Assembly: GCA_965198755.1 (NCBI GenBank) | Contig: OZ240673.1 | Span: 3,145,044-3,209,043, forward strand | Direction of reading: 5' to 3' | DNA from: Acetobacteraceae bacterium | GTDB taxonomy: Bacteria; Pseudomonadota; Alphaproteobacteria; Acetobacterales; Acetobacteraceae | Length of the DNA: 64,000 bases | In this document: positions 10,233 through 19,845 of the stretch, in pieces | Layout: each line of letters starts with the position of its first letter | Numbering within the stretch: the first letter of the stretch is position 1 | Notes under the pieces: generated by a model | What the model was told of the DNA's origin: nothing | Database searches by the model: none | The model's input: the letters and a program-made list of their open reading frames with translations, nothing else | Translations under genes and position numbers: made by a program

Positions 10233-10361
10233 GCAAGGCCTTCTTTTCTGAAGAAAAGAAGCAAAAGACTTTTGGTCCTGCTGTCGCGAAGTTTCTGCAA
10301 CGCGCGCTTAAGGGAACAAAAGTTTTTTGGTTCTTTTTTTCAAAAAAGAACCGCTTGCCTT
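10231..10361 (+). repeat. Palindromic element E4
   Basis: Overlaps the regulator's TAA; full copy. Confidence 0.95.
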
Positions 10362-10389
10362 TACTATCACTGGTCGAGATTTCGGGCGA

Positions 10390-10740
10390 TTAATCGATCC
10401 CCGCCAGCACCGCCAACTTCCCGCGCACCTCTGCAAGCACCACCGCCGGCACCGCGCCACCCGCCCAGCTCACCGGCCGCGCCATCGTGTCCACGCTGCG
10501 CACGTGGCTCGTCAGCACCTCGCCGGCCACCGCCAGCCCTGACGGCAACACCACGCTCGTCCCAAACGGACGCACGCGCGACGCGATCGGGCAGACGATC
10601 GCCAACCGCGTCGCCTGCCAGAACGGCCGGGGAGAGATCACCAAAGCAGGCCGCCGGCCGCTCTGTTCACGGCCGATGCGCGGGTCGAAATCCAGCCAGA
10701 TCAGGTCGCCGGCGTTTGGCTCGTAGCCAGGGTCAGTCAA
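10390..10740 (-). CDS. mazF: MazF/PemK family mRNA interferase toxin
   Basis: GDLIWLDFDP, GREQSGRRPALVISP, CPIAS; TTG start overlaps the antitoxin stop. Confidence 0.9.
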   Translation of the reverse strand: MTDPGYEPNAGDLIWLDFDPRIGREQSGRRPALVISPRPFWQATRLAIVCPIASRVRPFGTSVVLPSGLAVAGEVLTSHVRSVDTMARPVSWAGGAVPAVVLAEVRGKLAVLAGID

Positions 10741-10971
10741 CCGCTTCCCGGCCCTGGTCGTCACCCCAGTCGAACGCGTCCGACATGGCTGCCGGCGTCA
10801 GGCCAGCCAGCATCTCCGACAGCTCGGAGCGCACCGGCATGGAGATGACGATGTGGTCGCCCTCGGCCTGCATCTCCACGCGCGCGCCTTCGGTCAGGCG
10901 AAAACGCCCCGCGAGGTCCTTCGGGATGCGCAAGCCAAGGCTGTTGCCCAGCGTGTCAGGTGAACTTGCAT
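10733..10971 (-). pseudogene. mazE: MazE/AbrB antitoxin with a 1-nt deletion at codon 9
   Basis: ATG 10971 gives MQVHLTRW, then the homology (GNSLGLRIPKD...FDWGDDQGRE) continues in another frame; CCC at 10947-10949 where CCCC is needed. Confidence 0.85.
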
Positions 10972-11025
10972 AACTAAAAGATGGCCGGAACGGGACTTCC
11001 ACGCAAGCGCGTCCTCGCGGTGGCG

Positions 11026-11180
11026 AAGGCAAGGCAAGCGGTTCTTTTTTGAAAAAAAGAACCAAAAAACTTTTGGTCTCGTAGGGCGCGGTTTGTTGAA
11101 ACGTGTCGTTCAGCAGTCTGCGACAGCCGAGATAAAAGCTTTTTGCTTCTTTTTCTCGAAAAAGAAGCGCTTGCTTTGCC
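11026..11180 (-). repeat. Palindromic element E5
   Basis: GAACC arm left, CGTGTCGTTCAGC spacer, GAAGC arm right. Confidence 0.95.
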
Positions 11181-11185
11181 TCACC

Positions 11186-13438
11186 TTACGACCGCTTCCC
11201 CTCCACAATCTCCCGCGCCGCGTCCAACCGCGCGCTATACGCATCCAGCGCCGCCGCCGTCGCGTGCGCATATTTGTCAGCGTCCGCCCAGCGGCGTTCC
11301 TCGACCGCCTCGCGCACCGCCGGCAGCGTCTTCGCCGCGTAGCCGGTAAAGCGTCCCGGCGCGAAGATCAGGTTCTTGTACCAAGGCCGCCCAGGCAGGC
11401 CGGCCTCTGGCGCCAGCGTCTGGTCGATCGTCAGCATCGCCTGCTGCAGTTTCGCGAGGCGGTCCGGCGGCAGGCTGGCGCCATCATGGGCCAGCGCCGT
11501 GTCGTAGGCGTGCGCGCTCTGCTTCAGCTTGGTCACCGCGTCGTCGAGCACGGCGAGCTCCACCGCCGGCACCGGACCCAGCGCCTCGGGCGGCGCGCTC
11601 GTCCGCGTCGGGTCGGCGGCCAGCGTGTAGTCGTGCTCGCGCAGCAGGGAGGCCTGCGTCTCGGCGGTCTGCCGCGCGGTCTCGAGCTGCTTTTTCAGAT
11701 CCGTCAGGTAGCCCGCCACCGCATCGGCGAAGTCGCCGGCGCGCTGCTGCGGCAGGGCGGCGTCGGCGATGCGCAGCACCGCGCGGCCGACCGTCTTGGC
11801 CAGCAGCGCGTCGTAGACGAAGCTTGGGTCGACGAAGCGGCTGTGGTGTTCCCAGGTGTCGTAGGCGGAGTGGTAGACGCCGCCGGCCTCGCCCTCGCCG
11901 CCGTAGCCGAAGTTCAGCGCCGGCAGGCCGAGATGCTGCAGGAAGCTGGAGAAGTCCGACCCCGACCCGAGAGCTGCAACCGGGATGTCGCGGCCCGGGT
12001 CGGCGAGCTCGCGGGCGTCGGCCAGCTCGCGCGGTGTCGCACCCGGCTCGGTGGCGCCCACCCGGACGGCGGCGCGCAGGCGATGGGCCACCGAGACGTG
12101 GGTTTCCGGGTCGGTGACGTCGGCGGCCACCCCGCTTACGAAGTGGCGGAAATCCGGGCTGCCGCCGGCGTCGAGCAGGCCGCGGGCGTTCTCGTCGGAG
12201 TTGATGTAGATGACCGCGTGCTTCTTCAGGTCGTCGGCGTGGGTCTCGGCCCACTCGGTCGAGCCGATCAGGCCCGGCTCCTCGGCGTCCCAGCTGGCGT
12301 AGATGATGGTGCGCTTCGGCTTGTAGCCGGCGTGGACCAGACGGCCGATCGCCTGCGCCTCGGCCAGCAGGGCGGACTGGCCGCTCAGCGGGTCGCTGGC
12401 GCCGAACACCCAGCCGTCGTGGTGGTTGCCGCGCACCACCCATTGGTCCGGCAGCTCGGCGCCGCGCATGGTGGCGATCACGTCGTAGATCGTCTTCTGG
12501 CTCCAGTCGGACTTCACCGCCAGGTGCACCGGTGCCGGGCCGGGGCCCACGCGGTAGGTGATCGGCATGGTGCCGCGCCAGTCCGCCGGCACCGGCTGGC
12601 CGCCCATCGTCGCGAGCAGATGGATGGCGTCGGCGTACGAGATGGGCAGCGCCGGTATCTTCAGGATCACCGGCGCGTCTGCGCGGTCGATCCGGTGGGC
12701 CTCGGCGGTGGCACCCACGCCGGGGGTGAGCGGGTCGCCGGGGTAGAGCGGCATGTCGGCCACCGAGCCGCGCTGGATGCCCTGCGGCGGCCGCATCGGG
12801 CCGTTCGGGTAGACGCGGTCCATGCTGTAGCCGTCCTGCGCGGGGTCCGAGTAGATGATGCAGCCGATGGCGCCGTGGTCCTGTGCCAGCTTCGGCTTCA
12901 GGCCGCGCCAGCCGTGGCCGTAGCGGGTGATGACGATCTTGCCGCGCACGTCGACGCCCAGCCGCTCGAGCTGTTTGTAGTCGTCCTGCATGCCGAAGTT
13001 GACGTAGACGAGCGGGGCGGTGACGTCGCCGTCGCCCTGGTAGGCCAGGTAGGCGGGCAGCGCGTCTGCTGTGCGGGCGGAGGTGGCGTCGCCGGGGACG
13101 GCGCGTTCCTGCAAGGTGGCGCGGAACGGGGTAGGAGCGGTGGTCTCCAGCACCTCGGAAAGGGGCGTGGGGTAGAGCACCTGGAAAGTCTCAATGTGGG
13201 CGTCCCAACCCCATTGCTGGAACAAATGCAGCTCGAACTCGGCGTTCGCCTTGTCGTGCGCGGAGCCCACCTGGTTGGGCTCGCTGGCCATCTGCTTCAG
13301 CCAGCCGCCGATCTCGTCGGGTTTGATCTCCGCGTCGAAGCGCTGCTCTAGCGTGGCCTGGTCGGCCTGCGGCTGGGCGTGCAGCAGCACCGGGGCGGCG
13401 AGTGCGATGGTGGCGAGGAGGGCGGTTCGGCGGCGCAT
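11186..13438 (-). CDS. M28 peptidase, glutamate carboxypeptidase II-like (PA + transferrin-receptor dimerization domains), secreted
   Basis: Signal peptide, GNHHDGW, DPLSG, WDAEEPGLIGSTEW, GSGSDF, YHSAYD. Confidence 0.93.
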   Translation of the reverse strand: MRRRTALLATIALAAPVLLHAQPQADQATLEQRFDAEIKPDEIGGWLKQMASEPNQVGSAHDKANAEFELHLFQQWGWDAHIETFQVLYPTPLSEVLETTAPTPFRATLQERAVPGDATSARTADALPAYLAYQGDGDVTAPLVYVNFGMQDDYKQLERLGVDVRGKIVITRYGHGWRGLKPKLAQDHGAIGCIIYSDPAQDGYSMDRVYPNGPMRPPQGIQRGSVADMPLYPGDPLTPGVGATAEAHRIDRADAPVILKIPALPISYADAIHLLATMGGQPVPADWRGTMPITYRVGPGPAPVHLAVKSDWSQKTIYDVIATMRGAELPDQWVVRGNHHDGWVFGASDPLSGQSALLAEAQAIGRLVHAGYKPKRTIIYASWDAEEPGLIGSTEWAETHADDLKKHAVIYINSDENARGLLDAGGSPDFRHFVSGVAADVTDPETHVSVAHRLRAAVRVGATEPGATPRELADARELADPGRDIPVAALGSGSDFSSFLQHLGLPALNFGYGGEGEAGGVYHSAYDTWEHHSRFVDPSFVYDALLAKTVGRAVLRIADAALPQQRAGDFADAVAGYLTDLKKQLETARQTAETQASLLREHDYTLAADPTRTSAPPEALGPVPAVELAVLDDAVTKLKQSAHAYDTALAHDGASLPPDRLAKLQQAMLTIDQTLAPEAGLPGRPWYKNLIFAPGRFTGYAAKTLPAVREAVEERRWADADKYAHATAAALDAYSARLDAAREIVEGKRS

Positions 13439-13504
13439 GCGGCGTGGCTCCGGGGTGGCTGGGCGGAGCCAAGCAGGATTGCGGGGGGCGCGCTACCCGT
13501 TAGG

Positions 13505-13553
13505 GAAGCAAGCAAGGCCTTCTTTTTTGAAAAAAAGAAGCAAAAAACTTTTG
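13505..13553 (+). repeat. Palindromic element half copy E6 (GAAGC arm only)
   Basis: gaagcaagcaaggccttcttttttgaaaaaaagaagcaaaaaacttttg. Confidence 0.85.
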
Positions 13554-13567
13554 ATTTCTGGGCTTGG

Positions 13568-13596
13568 TTGACTTGCAGGGGTGCGCGGGGATAACA
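13568..13596 (+). promoter_or_regulatory. Probable sigma70-type promoter of tRNA-Met
   Basis: TTGACT-17 bp-ATAACA followed by a GC-rich discriminator. Confidence 0.5.
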
Positions 13597-13614
13597 GGCG
13601 CCGCTCTGGCGGAT

Positions 13615-13689
13615 GGCGACGTAGCTCAGCGGTAGAGCAGGGGAATCATAATCCCTTGGTCGGGTGTTCAAGTCACCCCGTCGCTACCA
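13615..13689 (+). tRNA. tRNA-Met(CAT), elongator type
   Basis: Cloverleaf: acceptor GGCGACG/CGTCGCT, anticodon loop ATCATAA, T-arm GGGTG-TTCAAGT-CACCC, encoded CCA. Confidence 0.93.
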
Positions 13690-13709
13690 TCGGATTTTCG
13701 ACTGTTCTC

Positions 13710-13836
13710 AAGCAAGCAAGCGGTTCTTTTTTGAAAAGAGAACCAAAAACTTTGTTTCCTGGGTAGCCGCTGCCGGGGGTTGCGCGACAGCAGGGAAAGA
13801 GTTTTCGCCGCTATTTTCGGAAACGCATGCCTTGCC
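13710..13836 (-). repeat. Palindromic element E7 (right arm eroded)
   Basis: GAACC arm, CGCGACAG, degenerate right arm. Confidence 0.75.
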
Positions 13837-13947
13837 CTCTTCGCTAGGAACTGAGGAAATCGTATCCAGGTTACCTGGTGTCATCTCGCTCGCCGACCGG
13901 GACTGAACAGGCAACGCACAAGCCCTGCCAAGCCAAGGACGCCCACC

Positions 13948-14421
13948 ATGAGGATACTCGCCGCCGGACTGCTTCTCGCATGCCTCGCCGTCCACCCGCA
14001 GCAGGCCGCAGCCACCACCGGCCTCGTCGTGCAGGGCGACAACGCCGGCTTCAAATACGTCCCCGCCCCCGCCTCCCTGCCCAAGGGCACCCAGGTCAGC
14101 AACCTGCTCGGCGACCCCTCCCAGCCCGGCCCCTTCGTGCTACGGCTGATCTTCCCGCCGTACACCGACATTAAGCCGCACACCCACTCCAAGCCGGAAA
14201 CCGTTACAATCCTGTCCGGCTCGATCTACCACGGGCACGGCGCCACGCTGGTCCGCGCGAACGGCACCGAGCTGACCGCCGGCGGCTTCGTCTACCTGCC
14301 GCAAGGCATGCCCCACTCGCTCTGGACCACGGACCAGCAGGCCGTGATCCAGGTTTCCGGCACCGGCCCGTTCGGCCTGCAATACGTCAACCCAGCCGAC
14401 GATCCGAGCCGCGCGAAGTAG
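13948..14421 (+). CDS. Secreted cupin domain protein (DUF4437-like)
   Basis: Signal peptide; PHTHSKPE and GMPHS cupin His motifs. Confidence 0.85.
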   Translation: MRILAAGLLLACLAVHPQQAAATTGLVVQGDNAGFKYVPAPASLPKGTQVSNLLGDPSQPGPFVLRLIFPPYTDIKPHTHSKPETVTILSGSIYHGHGATLVRANGTELTAGGFVYLPQGMPHSLWTTDQQAVIQVSGTGPFGLQYVNPADDPSRAK

Positions 14422-14945
14422 CGCCCACCGCGCTCACTGCACGGGCAGCAAGGTCTCTCCGTCGTGCGGCGTCTGACCCATCCAAGCAGGCTCGCCTTGT
14501 CAGCCCCCGGCGCACACCGGGTGAAGCGGGTGGTTCGTCTCGGCTTGCCGAGAGCGGTTGAGCTTGCAGGCAACGTTGTCTCTGCCGCTCTCGCCGGGGC
14601 GGCGCGTCGGCGGGTGGGTGTTCCCAGCATCTAACGACCTGCCCAAGCCCAGGTCCGGACCTGCACGCCGCGGCGCTGCGGTCCGTCAAGGTTGCAACCG
14701 GCCGCGTCCAGCAGCCGGTCTGACGCAGCAGGCCCTGACCGCCCACCCTGGCCTGCCGATGCGCACACCAACATGCTATCAGCGCCCACAGGCGCGGCAC
14801 CGCCGCCCTCCCAGGAACCCGCCCGCTTCTGTGCAAACGCGCTTTCCGCCCCAGTTTCCGAGACAACGCTCACAAGGGTAGCCATGCACCACAAGGCTCA
14901 CGGCCAAGCCTACCTGCAGCCCCGTTCGCCGGGTCAGCCCCGCCG

Positions 14946-16439
14946 ATGAACGACCTCGCCGGCGTCGCCCAGGCCTTTCAGGACAGCCTGCCCCGCGGTG
15001 CCGAGGTGATCGTCTCGCGCATCGACAGCCTGGACCGCATCGGCGTCCCCGTGGTCCAGGCCGTGCTGCTGGGCCCCGACAGCCCTGCGCTGTCCGGCTA
15101 CGGCTACGGCGTGACCGAGCTGGAGGCACGCGTCGGCGCACTCGGCGAGCTGTGCGAGGAAGCCCATGTCGGCGCCACCATCGCCGCCGCCCCGCAGACC
15201 CTCGCCAGCTATGCAGCCCTGGCCGCGCGCCTGGGCGAACACGCGGTGCTCGACCCGCTGACGCTGTGCCTGCCGGCCGGCTCGGCCTACACGCCCGACA
15301 TGCCGCTCTCCTGGGTCGCCGGCCAGCGCTGGCCGGACGCAGCACCGGTGATGGTGCCGGCCGAGTGGGTGGCGGCGCACCCCTACCAGCTCGCCGCGCC
15401 GGCGCGGCTGATCACGCCCATCACCAACGGCCTGGGCGCCGGCTTCGACCTGCCACACGCTTTGGCGCACGCCTTGATGGAGCTGCTGCAGCGCGACGGC
15501 AACAGCCTCACCTACCGCGCGCTGGACCAGGGCGTGGTGGTCGACCTGCCGCAAGGCGCGCTCGGCGACGTCGACGACCTGCTGGCTCGCCTGCACGCGC
15601 TCGGCATCCGCCCGGTCGTCAAGCTGGCCGACACCAGCTTCGGACTCTCCAACCTCTATGTCATGGGCGATGATGACGGCCCGGCCCACTTCACCCTGCA
15701 GCTCAGCGCCTGCGGCGAGGCGTCCCATCCGGACCGCGCCCGGGCCCTGCGCAAGGCGCTGCTGGAATACATCGGCTCGCGCTCCCGCAAAGCGGCGACG
15801 CACGGTCCGGTGGAGACGGCGCGGCGCGTGCTGCCGCCGGCCTACCTGGCCCGCCTGCTCGCCGTCCCGCCGGCCGCCGAAGAGCCGCGCGCGCTGCAGG
15901 CGATGGCCGAGTGGCTGGGGCTGGACGCGGCAGCCTTGCGCCAGCTGCTGGCCGGCCCGGTGCAGCGCCGCACGCGCGGCATCTCGTTTGCCGACCTGCC
16001 CGACGCACCGGCGGCCGACGTCGCCACCTCCTCCGCCCGGCTCGACTATCTGGCGACCCGGCTGGCGGAAGCCGGGCTCGGCATCGTCTGGGTGGATTGC
16101 TCGCCGGCAGACGGGCCGGTGCGCGTGGTGCGCGCCATCGTGCCGGGACTGGAGAGCGAAACCATGAGCTACCACCGCCTCGGCCGGCGCGGGGTCGCCA
16201 GGCTGCGCGCCCGCCGCGACCCGCTGCTGCTCGACGCACCTCGCGACGGCGCCCTGCGCGTGCGCCTGCGCCCCGAGGACGAGGCAGCCTGCGGCGGGCC
16301 AGCCTGGTTCGACGCGGCACTCGCAGCACGGCTGACCGATCCGCTCTACCCGCTGTATCGTGAATGCGGGCCGTTCGCCGCACAGCGGCTGCTGGCCGGA
16401 AGCCGGCTTCATCGGGCGGATGCTGAAGCTGCGTGCTAG
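14946..16439 (+). CDS. YcaO-like protein (paralogue 1)
   Basis: LDRIGVP, GYG..E..EE, PITNGLGAG, HALMELLQRD, HPDRARALRKALLE, IVPGLE. Confidence 0.85.
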   Translation: MNDLAGVAQAFQDSLPRGAEVIVSRIDSLDRIGVPVVQAVLLGPDSPALSGYGYGVTELEARVGALGELCEEAHVGATIAAAPQTLASYAALAARLGEHAVLDPLTLCLPAGSAYTPDMPLSWVAGQRWPDAAPVMVPAEWVAAHPYQLAAPARLITPITNGLGAGFDLPHALAHALMELLQRDGNSLTYRALDQGVVVDLPQGALGDVDDLLARLHALGIRPVVKLADTSFGLSNLYVMGDDDGPAHFTLQLSACGEASHPDRARALRKALLEYIGSRSRKAATHGPVETARRVLPPAYLARLLAVPPAAEEPRALQAMAEWLGLDAAALRQLLAGPVQRRTRGISFADLPDAPAADVATSSARLDYLATRLAEAGLGIVWVDCSPADGPVRVVRAIVPGLESETMSYHRLGRRGVARLRARRDPLLLDAPRDGALRVRLRPEDEAACGGPAWFDAALAARLTDPLYPLYRECGPFAAQRLLAGSRLHRADAEAAC

Positions 16440-16468
16440 GGGCGTTCGGCTTGCAGTGGCTTCGACCA

Positions 16469-16620
16469 GGCAAGGCAAGCAGTTCTTTTTTGAAAAAAAG
16501 AACCAAAAAACTTTTGTCTCTCTCGGGTGTGCCGTGGTGAGACGCCTTGTTTCAGCCGTCCGCGACAGCGCGCCCAAAAGCTTTTTGCTTCTTTTTCTCG
16601 AAAAAGAAGGCGCTTGCTTT
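16469..16620 (-). repeat. Palindromic element E8
   Basis: Full copy with TGTTTCAGCCGTCCGCGACAG spacer. Confidence 0.95.
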
Positions 16621-16678
16621 CTACTGAGGCGGCGGTCGCAATTGAGAGCGTCTTTCGACTTGCCCGCCCAGTGCACCC

Positions 16679-18445
16679 ATGTCGCGTGACGTTCTGAAGC
16701 GCCCGCCGGCGCACGGCCAGGATGGTGCGGACGGACATCGTCGGCATCGTTCAGCCCATCCGGGTGAGCGCGAACTGGCCGAGCGTGTGGGCTTGCGCCG
16801 GGCCGTGCTGCTTGCGCTGATGCTGGGGGTGGCCGCTTGCCTCGTCTGGCTGGGCGCCGCCGTGCTGGCCCCAGGCGGCTGGACCGCCCTGAAGCTGGCG
16901 CTGCTGCTGTGCCTGGCAGCAAACGCGCCGTGGCTGGGCCTGTCGGCGGCAACTGGGCTGATCGGCTTCTGCGTGCGCATCGGCGCGCGCGACTCCGCCT
17001 GCGCGGTGTTCCCGGCGCTGCGCCTGGTGCGGCCGGACCAGGCGGTCACGTTGCGGACCGCAATCGCCGTCTGCGTGCGCGACGAGGCGGTTGCACCCGT
17101 TTTCGCCAGGCTGGCGCAACTCGGCGCCGATATCGACCATGCCGGGCTGTCCGGCCGCTTCTCGCTGTGCGTGCTGTCCGACACCGCAAGCGACGCGCTG
17201 GCGGAGTCGGAGACCCGCGAAGCCGCTTGCCTGCGCGCTGCGTGCGCCACGCCCGTTCTGTACCGCCGGCGTGCGGCCAACACCGGCTTCAAGGCCGGCA
17301 ACGTGATGTCCTTCCTGGACGAGCACGCGGGCGCCTTCGACCTGCTGGTCTGCCTGGACGCCGACAGCGAGATGACCGCACCCGCCATCCTGCGCCTGGT
17401 GCGGGTGATGCAGGCCGACCCGCGTCTGGCCATCGTGCAGGCCACCTTCCACGGCCAGCCGGCCAGCGCCCTGTTCCCCCGCCTATTCCAGTTCGGCCAG
17501 TTGCAGGGCCTGCGCATCTGGGCGGTGGGGCAGGCCTGGTGGCAGGCCGATAGCGGCCCTTACTGGGGGCACAACGCCGTCGTCCGCGTGGCACCGTTCC
17601 GTGCGCATTGCCGGCTATCCCCGTTGCCGGACGGTGCGGCCATCATGTCGCACGACCACGTGGAGGCCGCGCTGCTGCAGGGTGCCGGCTGGCGCCTGCG
17701 CGTGCTGGCCTGCGACGAGGGCTCGTCCGAAGCCCAGCCGCCGACGCTGCCCGACTACCTCGTCCGCGACCGCCGCTGGGCCGCCGGCAACCTGCAGTAT
17801 CGCTTCCTGCTGCGCCGGCGCGAACTCGGCCGTCTGGGCCGGCTGCAGATGCTTCAGGCAATCCTGCACTATGCGCTGACGCCACTGTGGTTCGCGATGC
17901 TGCCGTTGGCGGCGTTAAACGCCGCCACTGGGGGCGCGGCCCAACTCCGCTGGGGGCGCCTGCTGACCCTGCTGGCGTTCGGCTGGCTGACGCTGCACGC
18001 GCCCAAGCTGCTCGGCATGCTGGAACTGCTGTTGCGCCCCGCGGTCGCCTCGCGTTTTGGCGGCCGGGCTTGCGTGTTGCGCCTGGCCGCGTCCGAGCTG
18101 GTGTTCGCCCAGCTGTTCGATCCCATCATCGCGCTGCACAAGACAGCCGGCGTGCTGCGCCTGGCCGCCGGAGCACCCGGCAGCTGGACCGGGCAGACCC
18201 GCGACGAGCACGCGATCGGCTGGTCGCGCGCTGCAGGGATGTTCTGGCCGCATACGTTGGCGGGCATCGCGCTCGCGGCGGTGTTCGCGGCCGCATCACC
18301 TGCGGCATTGCTGGTTTGTCTGCCGGCGGTGGCGGGATTGATGCTCGCCATACCGTTTGCGGTGTTTTCATCGAAGCAAAGCAAGGCTCTCTTTTTCGAA
18401 AAAAAGAAGCAAAAAACGTTTGGCCGCGCTGTCGCGGACGGCTGA
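16679..18445 (+). CDS. mdoH: Glucan biosynthesis glucosyltransferase MdoH/OpgH-type (GT2); C-terminus derived from element E9
   Basis: GFKAGN, LDADSEM, YWGHNA, SHDHVEA, RDRRWAAGNLQY. Confidence 0.88.
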   Translation: MSRDVLKRPPAHGQDGADGHRRHRSAHPGERELAERVGLRRAVLLALMLGVAACLVWLGAAVLAPGGWTALKLALLLCLAANAPWLGLSAATGLIGFCVRIGARDSACAVFPALRLVRPDQAVTLRTAIAVCVRDEAVAPVFARLAQLGADIDHAGLSGRFSLCVLSDTASDALAESETREAACLRAACATPVLYRRRAANTGFKAGNVMSFLDEHAGAFDLLVCLDADSEMTAPAILRLVRVMQADPRLAIVQATFHGQPASALFPRLFQFGQLQGLRIWAVGQAWWQADSGPYWGHNAVVRVAPFRAHCRLSPLPDGAAIMSHDHVEAALLQGAGWRLRVLACDEGSSEAQPPTLPDYLVRDRRWAAGNLQYRFLLRRRELGRLGRLQMLQAILHYALTPLWFAMLPLAALNAATGGAAQLRWGRLLTLLAFGWLTLHAPKLLGMLELLLRPAVASRFGGRACVLRLAASELVFAQLFDPIIALHKTAGVLRLAAGAPGSWTGQTRDEHAIGWSRAAGMFWPHTLAGIALAAVFAAASPAALLVCLPAVAGLMLAIPFAVFSSKQSKALFFEKKKQKTFGRAVADG

Positions 18446-18512
18446 GACAGCCCGCAACCCAGAGAACAAAAGTCTTTTGCTTCTTTTTTTTCAAAAAAGA
18501 AGGCCTTGCCTT
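18374..18512 (+). repeat. Palindromic element E9, overlapping the mdoH 3' end
   Basis: Two GAAGC-type arms; mdoH stop lies in the spacer. Confidence 0.95.
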
Positions 18513-18625
18513 ACTTTACTAGCGTTTCCGTGAGCGGCAGCCTCCCGGGTTTACACCGCGATGCCGAACCCCATGTGGCCCACACCCGGGCGGTCGGCGT
18601 CCGGGCGGGTTAGGGATGAAAACGC

Positions 18626-19831
18626 ATGCCGGATTTGGGCGTCAGCGAGTCCAACGCAGGACGCCGCCTTGGCGTGCTCGTGGTCGGCGTGGGCGGCGCG
18701 GTCGCCACCACGGCGGTCGCCGGCATCGAGCTACTACGCCGTGGGTCGAACGACTTCGCCGGACTGCCGTTGGCCGACGCCGACGTGCCTGGCCTAGCCG
18801 CCTACCGCAACATGCATTTCGCCGGCTGGGACCTCAACGCCGACGACCTGAGCCACGCAGCCCAGGGCCACCGGGTGCTGGAAGCCGAGCAGGCGAGCCT
18901 GGTGGCCGGCGAGCTCTCGCGCATCCGGCCGTGGCCCGCCGTCGGCAGCACCGATTTTTGCGCCAACGTGGACGGCGCCAACAAGGTGGTCGCCGGCAGC
19001 CACCGCGGCGCCGTCGAGCGCATCCGTCAGGACATCCGCGACTACAAGCAATCCACCGGCATCAGCGACGTGGTGATGATCAACCTCGCCTCCGTGGAAC
19101 GCTGGCCGGCCGACACCGCCGTGCTGGAGGAGGTCGAAGCCTTCGAGCGCGGGCTGGACGACAACAACCCCTCGATCAGCCCGGCGATGCTGTACGCCTA
19201 CGCGTCGATCACCGAGGGCGTGCCCTACGGCAACTTCACCCCGAGCCTGGCCGCCGACATCCCCGCGCTGGTCGCACTCTCCGCCGAGCGCAACGTGCCG
19301 GTAGCCGGCAAGGACGGCAAGACGGGGCAGACGTTCCTCAAGACCGTGCTGGCGCCAGCGCTGCGCGCGCGCTCGCTGTTCGTGGAAGGCTGGTTCAGCA
19401 CCAACATCCTTGGAAACCGCGACGGCCTGGCGCTGGACAACGCCGCCAGCCTGCAGAGCAAGCTCGCCACCAAGGGGTCCGTGCTGGACAACATCCTCGG
19501 CTACAAGGTGGAAAACCACCTGGTGAACATCCAGTACTACAAGCCGCGCGGCGACAACAAGGAAGCCTGGGACAACATCGACATCGTCGGCTTCCTCGGC
19601 CAGAAGATGCAGATCAAGCTGAACTTCCTTTGCCGCGACAGCATCCTGGCCGCCCCGCTGGTGATCGAGATCGCCCGTGTCCTGGACCTCGCACGCCGCC
19701 GCGGCCATGGCGGCATCCAGGAGCAGCTCGGCCTGTTCTTCAAGGCGCCGATGACGCCGGCCGGGTGTCGCGAGGAGCACTCCTTCCCCGTGCAGCAGCA
19801 GGTCCTGCTCGACTGGCTGGTGGCCGCCTAG
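18626..19831 (+). CDS. ino1: Inositol-3-phosphate synthase
   Basis: Rossmann VVGVGGAVA, NFTPS, GKDGKTGQT, NILGNRDG, DNKEAWD, RDSILAAPL. Confidence 0.95.
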   Translation: MPDLGVSESNAGRRLGVLVVGVGGAVATTAVAGIELLRRGSNDFAGLPLADADVPGLAAYRNMHFAGWDLNADDLSHAAQGHRVLEAEQASLVAGELSRIRPWPAVGSTDFCANVDGANKVVAGSHRGAVERIRQDIRDYKQSTGISDVVMINLASVERWPADTAVLEEVEAFERGLDDNNPSISPAMLYAYASITEGVPYGNFTPSLAADIPALVALSAERNVPVAGKDGKTGQTFLKTVLAPALRARSLFVEGWFSTNILGNRDGLALDNAASLQSKLATKGSVLDNILGYKVENHLVNIQYYKPRGDNKEAWDNIDIVGFLGQKMQIKLNFLCRDSILAAPLVIEIARVLDLARRRGHGGIQEQLGLFFKAPMTPAGCREEHSFPVQQQVLLDWLVAA

Positions 19832-19845
19832 GCGCGGTCCGGCCG

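Noticed and set aside
14422-14880. ORFs 14558-14881 and 14692-14949 as RiPP precursors
   Set aside because: Low-complexity, no good RBS, no leader/core pattern.
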